NCBI GenBank assembly: GCA_965197405.1
Contig: OZ240206.1
Span: 3,275,096-3,339,095 of the forward strand
Source of the DNA: Dehalococcoidia bacterium
GTDB taxonomy: Bacteria > Chloroflexota > Dehalococcoidia > Lucifugimonadales > JAGWBF01
Reading direction: 5' to 3'
Length of the DNA stretch: 64,000 nt
Under the pieces are notes generated by a model. The model was not told where the DNA came from, did not search any database, and saw only the letters and a list, made by a program, of their open reading frames with translations. How positions within the stretch are numbered: position 1 is the first letter of the stretch; each line of letters starts with the position of its first letter. The position numbers were made by a program, and so were the translations under genes. Below, in pieces: positions 59,071-64,000 of this stretch.

Positions 59071-61311
59071 TTGAAGAAGCCGATTGAACGAATCAAGACA
59101 ACCGGAGCGGAGGGGCCGCCGGATAGCGCAGCCGTTCCGCAGGACATTTCAACCGAACCCCAGGACCCGGCCCCCAAGCCGCCGCCACCCCTACCCCCGT
59201 TCTTCATGCTCTCCCACTTGGAGGAGGACGGCCCCGTGCGCCTGGACGGGGTGAAGCTCGGCGTGTGCGAGGTGATGGGCCTCGAAATAGACGAGCCGAA
59301 GCTGGGGGCTTTCGCCGGGGCGCTCAACGCCTGCGACTTCCCCGTGCAGCTCCTCATCCGTCAGCACCCGCCGCGCCTTGGCGGGCTGCGGGACAAGCTC
59401 ACGGAGGCCCAACCGGGCAACCTGCCGCCGCAGACCGAGGCCGCGTCGGAGTCGCTTCGCAGGCTGTTGACCGACCTGGAGGCCCGCGATGGCATCCTCG
59501 ACCGGCGCTTCTACGCCGTGTGCGAGTTCGGGCGGTTCGACGAGCTGCGCGGCCTGCTGGCGCGGGCCGGGCTGTCCGTCCACCCCTTCAACGGCAGGCG
59601 TCTGCGGATGCTGATGCTGGCCTCGGCCCTGGGCGGCACCCCCGCCGAGATGGACGAGGAGACGCCGGTGGAGGTGGAGATGCGCCGCCGCGAGGTGCGC
59701 GTCGGAGACCGCCTGGTCCGCTCCCTCCACCTGGGCAAGTGGCCCCGCTCCCTGGCCCCCGGCTTCCTCCAGAGCCTCATGGCCGCAGGCGCGCCGATGG
59801 ACCTGTCCATCCACGTGGGGTCGATTCCCGCTGAGCAGGCGGCCAGGACGCTGGAGTGGCAGAAGGTCCGCTTCGAGTCCGCCCAGTCGCTGTCCTTCAA
59901 GCGGGGCCGCACCATGTCCCCGGAGGCGGAGATCGCCCTGGAGGACGTGACCCGGCTCAGGGACGAGGTGCAGCGGGGACGCGAAAGGCTCTTCCACGCG
60001 TCGCTCTCCATCACCCTTCACGCCAAGGACGAGACGTCGCTCAAAGAGATGACCCAGCGGGCCAAGGCCCACTTCGCCGCCACGCTGGGCAAGCTGGACC
60101 CCCTGGCCTTCCGCCAGCGCGAGGGCATCCTGTCCACCCTGCCCCTGGCCCTCAACGCCGTGGCCGTGTGGCGGACGCTGGACACGTCGTCGCTGGCGAG
60201 GCTGTTTCCCTTCTCGCCGCCGGACCTGGACACCCGGAGCGGCACCCTCTATGGCATCGACATGCGGGCCTGCGCCCCGGTGGTCTACGACCCCTGGGAC
60301 GGGACGCACCTGAACGCCAACACCGCCGTCCTCGCAAGGTCGGGCAGCGGCAAGTCCTTCGCCACCAAGCTGGGGATGCTCAGGGGCCTGTGCCGGGGCG
60401 TCACCGCCTACGTCATCGACCCCGAGGGCGAGTACGCGGACATGGCAAGGGCGGCAGGAGGGCGAGTCATCTCCCCAGGCGTTCCGGGCCAGGGCATGAA
60501 CCCCTTCGTCATCGACAGGGGCGACTCGGAGGAGCTGCTCCAGCGCATCGGCAGCCTGAGAAGGCTCATCGAGGTGATGGTGGGCGAGAGCCTCGGCGCG
60601 GAGCGCAGGGCCTCCCTCGACCACGCCCTGGCGGGCTACTACGCCCACACCAGAGAGCGGACCGGCTTCCGCGACTTCTACGCCTACCTCGAAGGGGAGG
60701 CGAACGACCTCTCTCGCCTGTTGCGGCCCTTCGCCACCGGCAGCCTGCGCAACCTGCTCTCCGACGAGGGCGACGACCTGCTGGGCAACGAGGCCCTGGT
60801 GACGGTCTTCGACCTGCGGCTGCTGGAGCCGGAGCTTCGGCCCGCCGCCGCGATGGTCTGCACCGAGACGGTGTGGGCGGCGGCGGCCCAGGACCCCAAG
60901 CCGAGGCTGCTGGTGGTGGACGAGGTGTGGTCGATCATGCAGCACCCCGAAGGCGCGGCCTTCATGGTCAGCATGGCGAAGCGGGCGAGGAAGCACCGCC
61001 TCGGTTTGCAGTTCATAACACAGGACGTCCAGGACCTTCTCTCCGAGGACTCATCGCGCACCATCACCGGACATTCGGGAAGGGCGCTCCTCCAGAACGC
61101 CGCCTTCAAGCTCCTGCTCCAGCAGGACGCCGCCGCCATCAGCACGGTCGGCGACGCCTTCGACCTGCCCCAGGACCTCCAACGCTGGCTGCTGTCGTGC
61201 CCGCGCGGAGACGGCCTGTTGCTGGCGAAGGGCAACCGCTTCCCCGTGCGCATCGAGGCCACCCCGGAGGAGACGGCCGTGATCGAGTGGAGGCAGGGCG
61301 GTCACAGGTAG
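59071..61311 (+). CDS. VirB4/TrbE-family T4SS ATPase
   Basis: Walker A reads ARSGSGKSFATK. Walker B reads RLLVVDEVWSIM. The C-terminus reads LQFITQDVQDL, and the size is 746 aa. The TTG start lies behind AAAGGAGAAG. Confidence 0.85.
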   Translation: MKKPIERIKTTGAEGPPDSAAVPQDISTEPQDPAPKPPPPLPPFFMLSHLEEDGPVRLDGVKLGVCEVMGLEIDEPKLGAFAGALNACDFPVQLLIRQHPPRLGGLRDKLTEAQPGNLPPQTEAASESLRRLLTDLEARDGILDRRFYAVCEFGRFDELRGLLARAGLSVHPFNGRRLRMLMLASALGGTPAEMDEETPVEVEMRRREVRVGDRLVRSLHLGKWPRSLAPGFLQSLMAAGAPMDLSIHVGSIPAEQAARTLEWQKVRFESAQSLSFKRGRTMSPEAEIALEDVTRLRDEVQRGRERLFHASLSITLHAKDETSLKEMTQRAKAHFAATLGKLDPLAFRQREGILSTLPLALNAVAVWRTLDTSSLARLFPFSPPDLDTRSGTLYGIDMRACAPVVYDPWDGTHLNANTAVLARSGSGKSFATKLGMLRGLCRGVTAYVIDPEGEYADMARAAGGRVISPGVPGQGMNPFVIDRGDSEELLQRIGSLRRLIEVMVGESLGAERRASLDHALAGYYAHTRERTGFRDFYAYLEGEANDLSRLLRPFATGSLRNLLSDEGDDLLGNEALVTVFDLRLLEPELRPAAAMVCTETVWAAAAQDPKPRLLVVDEVWSIMQHPEGAAFMVSMAKRARKHRLGLQFITQDVQDLLSEDSSRTITGHSGRALLQNAAFKLLLQQDAAAISTVGDAFDLPQDLQRWLLSCPRGDGLLLAKGNRFPVRIEATPEETAVIEWRQGGHR

Positions 61312-61438
61312 AACTGCCAACAGATACAGAACGCGAGACAGGAGGAAGCAACGGATGAACGATGGAGATAGACCAAGAGACACGGAAAGACGGTACTGCG
61401 AACCATGCCAAGACCCCAATAGAAGAAGGAGAACAAAG

Positions 61439-64000
61439 ATGAAATCGAACCCGATGAAGTGGCTGATGAACGACGGAGAGAAGAAGAGGCCCGTGCTGCT
61501 GGCGGTGACCCCGCCCCGCGCAGGCGAACGAACCCTGCTGGGGGTGGAGAACCTGCTCCAGTCCATCGCGGTGCCGGAGCCGTTCTCCCTGGAGTTGGCC
61601 GGGGACGCCGACGGCGTGATTCTGATGGCCCGCTGCCTCGACGACCAGGTGGCGCGCGCCCAGATCGCCGCCCACTATCCCCAGGCGCGCATTTACGAGG
61701 TACAGCCGGCGGACGACCCGTTTCGGACCGAAGAGGGCGAGCAGGCGTGGTCGATGACGCTCAGGGCCGACGGCCCCGAGTACGTGCCGCTCAGGGTCTT
61801 CAAGGACGACGACCTGCTCGACCCAGGGTCCGATCCCATCATCGCTCTCATGGGAGCCCTGTGCGACTTGAAGGACGGTGAGCGGGTCGTGTCGCGGCTC
61901 ATGCTGCGCTCCCTGGGACCCGACTGGTCGCAGGCCCACATGGAGAAGGCCCACCAACCTGCCGTGGAGCAGAGGCGGGACCCATCCTACACCTACCAGA
62001 CCAGACCCCTGCGCATGGATGGCGTGACCATGGCCGTCCTCGGCGTCGCCGCCGTCGCCGCTCTTCAGGGCTACCTGTGGGTGCAGGACGGGGAGATATG
62101 GAAGACCGCGCTACTGGGAACGGGGACGGTCCTGGGGCTCGCCGCGGGCGGCTGGGCATGGCACCGCTGGAAAAAGGCCCGCAGCCGCGTCTACGACCCG
62201 CTGCTCATCAAGGAGAAGGTCTCCCGCATCGCCTTCGAAGCGGAGATACAGGTCACGGCGATACTGCCCACGGACGCGAACCCTAAGCGCGGAAGCGAAC
62301 TCCTGGATCGGGCGGCGGCGGCCTACCGGCACTACGACAATCCGGCGGGCGCGCGCTTCAAGGTCGGCAAAGTGCGGCCCGCCGCGCCCGACCCCCTGGC
62401 AATGCACCCGTCAGGCCCTGGCCTGTTCGGCAAGCGCAGCGTCCTGGGAGTCCGCGAGGCGGCGGCCCTCTGGCATCCGCCGGGGGCCAGGGACGAGACG
62501 CCCCTGGTGGAGCGGTCGGGCGCAAGGGCGCTCATTCCTTCCGCCAAGGGCGTCAGGGGCGGGGCGCTGGTGGGAGAGACCACGGCGGGCAGTCCCAGGG
62601 AGATACGTTTCTCCGAAGACCTGCTAAGACGCCACCACCTCTACGTCGCCCGCACCCGCATGGGCAAGTCCACCCTCATGCACCACGTCGTCGCCCACAA
62701 GATGGAGGAGAAGGCGGCGGGCAGGGACCCGGACGCCATCGTCGTCGTCGATCCCCACGCCGACCTTGTGGGGGGAGTGCTCAGTCACGTTCCCGAGTCG
62801 CTCATCGACCGGGTGCGCCTGATAGACCTAGCCGACGAGCGGGGAGCGCCCGGCATAAACCTGCTGGACACCCGCGTCTTCTCCGACCGTGACCGCACCG
62901 CCGACTCGGTGGTGCGCGTGGCTAAGGGCCTGTGGGACCAGTGGGGGCCGAGGATGCAGTCCATATTGGAGTTCACCGTCAAGACGCTCCACGAGGCCAA
63001 CGAGCGCACCAACGCCGACGAGCAGTACACCATCCTCGACGGCCTCAAGCTCCTCTCCGACGACAAGAACTTCCAGGACACTGTGCTGGCCAAGGTGAGC
63101 GACTCCTACCTGTCGGAGTGGTGGGCCAGGGACTTCAAGAACTGGACCTACCAGTACCGCGCCGAGGCGCTGGCTCCGGTGCAGACGAGGCTCAACTACT
63201 ACGCCTCCTCCAAGCGGGCGAGGGCCATCCTGGGCCAGCGCCGCTCCACCATAGACCTGAGAAAGACCATCCATGATGGCGGGATACTGCTGGTGTCCAC
63301 CGCCCAGGGAACGGCCGGCCGGGACGTGGCCGCCCTGGTGGGGGCATCGATCCTCAACCTGGTTGACGCCGTGATACGGGAGCAGGGAAGCCTGTCTCCA
63401 GAGAAGCGTCGGGGGGCGTTGGTGGTGGTGGACGAGATGCAGTCGATGCCCGGCGTGGACTACGAGTCGATGCTGTCGGAGCTTGGCAAGTTCGGCGCGT
63501 CGTTCATCCTCGCCGCCCAGAGCCTGGCCAAGCTGGACGACCTCTCCCGCACCATGCGCGACACCATCCTTGCCAACGTGGGGTGTCTCGCCGTCTTCCA
63601 GGTGGCGGGCAGCGACGCCAGGCAGCTTGTGTGGGAGCTGGGCAAGGAGCGGGTGACCGAGGACGACATCACCTCGCTGCCGGTGCACCACTGCTACGTC
63701 AGGGCCACGGTGGGAAAGGAGCGCATGGACGCCTTCTCGATGGCGGTCAGGGAGCCGGGGGGAGGAGACCCAGCGAGGGCCGCCCGCATCCGAGCCGACG
63801 CCGCTTCCTATGTCACGGCGGCGAAGGACATGGCCGCCGGTGAGGTGGAGTCGGCCAAGAAGGTGGGAGGCTCTCAGAAGGGCGTGAATGCCCCCAAGCC
63901 CAATAACGGGGAGGCGAAGACCGAGGAGCAGGGCGCTCCCCAGCCGCCCAAGAAGCATAAGCCGCGCACCCGCAACAACAATCCCTCCAAGGAGGGTGAC
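61439..64000 (+). CDS. Type IV coupling protein (VirD4/TraG/TraD-like P-loop ATPase), 3'-partial at the window end
   Basis: This ORF is not on the track because no stop occurs before the window end. My own translation gives 854 codons, open from ATG 61439 (AAGGAG upstream). Two TM helices are present (MAVLGVAAVAALQGYLWV, LLGTGTVLGLAAGGWAW). Walker A reads ARTRMGKSTLM and Walker B reads ALVVVDEMQSM. Confidence 0.8.
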   Translation, partial: MKSNPMKWLMNDGEKKRPVLLAVTPPRAGERTLLGVENLLQSIAVPEPFSLELAGDADGVILMARCLDDQVARAQIAAHYPQARIYEVQPADDPFRTEEGEQAWSMTLRADGPEYVPLRVFKDDDLLDPGSDPIIALMGALCDLKDGERVVSRLMLRSLGPDWSQAHMEKAHQPAVEQRRDPSYTYQTRPLRMDGVTMAVLGVAAVAALQGYLWVQDGEIWKTALLGTGTVLGLAAGGWAWHRWKKARSRVYDPLLIKEKVSRIAFEAEIQVTAILPTDANPKRGSELLDRAAAAYRHYDNPAGARFKVGKVRPAAPDPLAMHPSGPGLFGKRSVLGVREAAALWHPPGARDETPLVERSGARALIPSAKGVRGGALVGETTAGSPREIRFSEDLLRRHHLYVARTRMGKSTLMHHVVAHKMEEKAAGRDPDAIVVVDPHADLVGGVLSHVPESLIDRVRLIDLADERGAPGINLLDTRVFSDRDRTADSVVRVAKGLWDQWGPRMQSILEFTVKTLHEANERTNADEQYTILDGLKLLSDDKNFQDTVLAKVSDSYLSEWWARDFKNWTYQYRAEALAPVQTRLNYYASSKRARAILGQRRSTIDLRKTIHDGGILLVSTAQGTAGRDVAALVGASILNLVDAVIREQGSLSPEKRRGALVVVDEMQSMPGVDYESMLSELGKFGASFILAAQSLAKLDDLSRTMRDTILANVGCLAVFQVAGSDARQLVWELGKERVTEDDITSLPVHHCYVRATVGKERMDAFSMAVREPGGGDPARAARIRADAASYVTAAKDMAAGEVESAKKVGGSQKGVNAPKPNNGEAKTEEQGAPQPPKKHKPRTRNNNPSKEGD

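Overview
GC-rich bacterial DNA (roughly 60-65 % G+C by eye). It is a patchwork of integrative or conjugative element modules, insertion sequences and very large surface-protein genes. No rRNA, complete tRNA or CRISPR array was found.

Layout:
(1) 1-7390 is the tail of an integrative element. It holds a small HTH/coiled-coil regulator and an excisionase-like gene bracketed by long inverted repeats. Next comes about 1.6 kb of gene-free DNA built from diverged ~100-nt units and palindromic boxes, then an RHH-PIN toxin-antitoxin pair and a translationally coupled pair of nuclease-like genes. It ends with a large serine recombinase (rec1) whose ORF stops 42 nt from the next gene.
(2) 7433-21660 holds a single-polypeptide GAF-PAS histidine kinase fused to an OmpR-type regulator, a MITE, and a 3691-aa secreted multidomain adhesin with several very recent internal duplications.
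(3) 21.9-27.0 kb holds IS1380, a TPR protein and IS1182.
(4) 27.0-35.6 kb is a second element. It carries a 4xHTH protein, a 1.26 kb spacer with tandem repeats, a paralogous regulator, more ~100-nt units, a BECR-like toxin with a DUF2283-HTH partner, a HEPN-like gene, and an RHH gene coupled to serine recombinase rec2.
(5) 35.4-39.1 kb is decayed mosaic DNA. It holds a 5'-truncated third recombinase (rec3) overlapping rec2 tail-to-tail across a palindromic core, gene fragments, a small low-GC operon and an IS5-family element.
(6) 39.1-48.8 kb holds a 3xHTH protein, a collagen-like repeat protein, an 1829-aa cadherin-repeat protein, and a retropepsin / DUF5678-like / S24 trio.
(7) 48.9 kb to the window end is the left part of a conjugative element. 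It starts with an att-like site, an AT-rich island and MITEs. Then come a second 4xHTH protein, an IS630 element and a third regulator paralogue. The type IV secretion operon follows: a VirB6-like protein, two VirB2-like proteins, a PrgI/VirB3-like fusion, a VirB4-like ATPase, and a coupling protein that runs off the window.

The most unusual signals are the att-like palindrome embedded in the recombinase 3' coding ends, the recurrent non-coding module and 100-nt unit family, and the tandem multi-HTH proteins. All functional calls rest on motif recognition by eye. No database search was possible.
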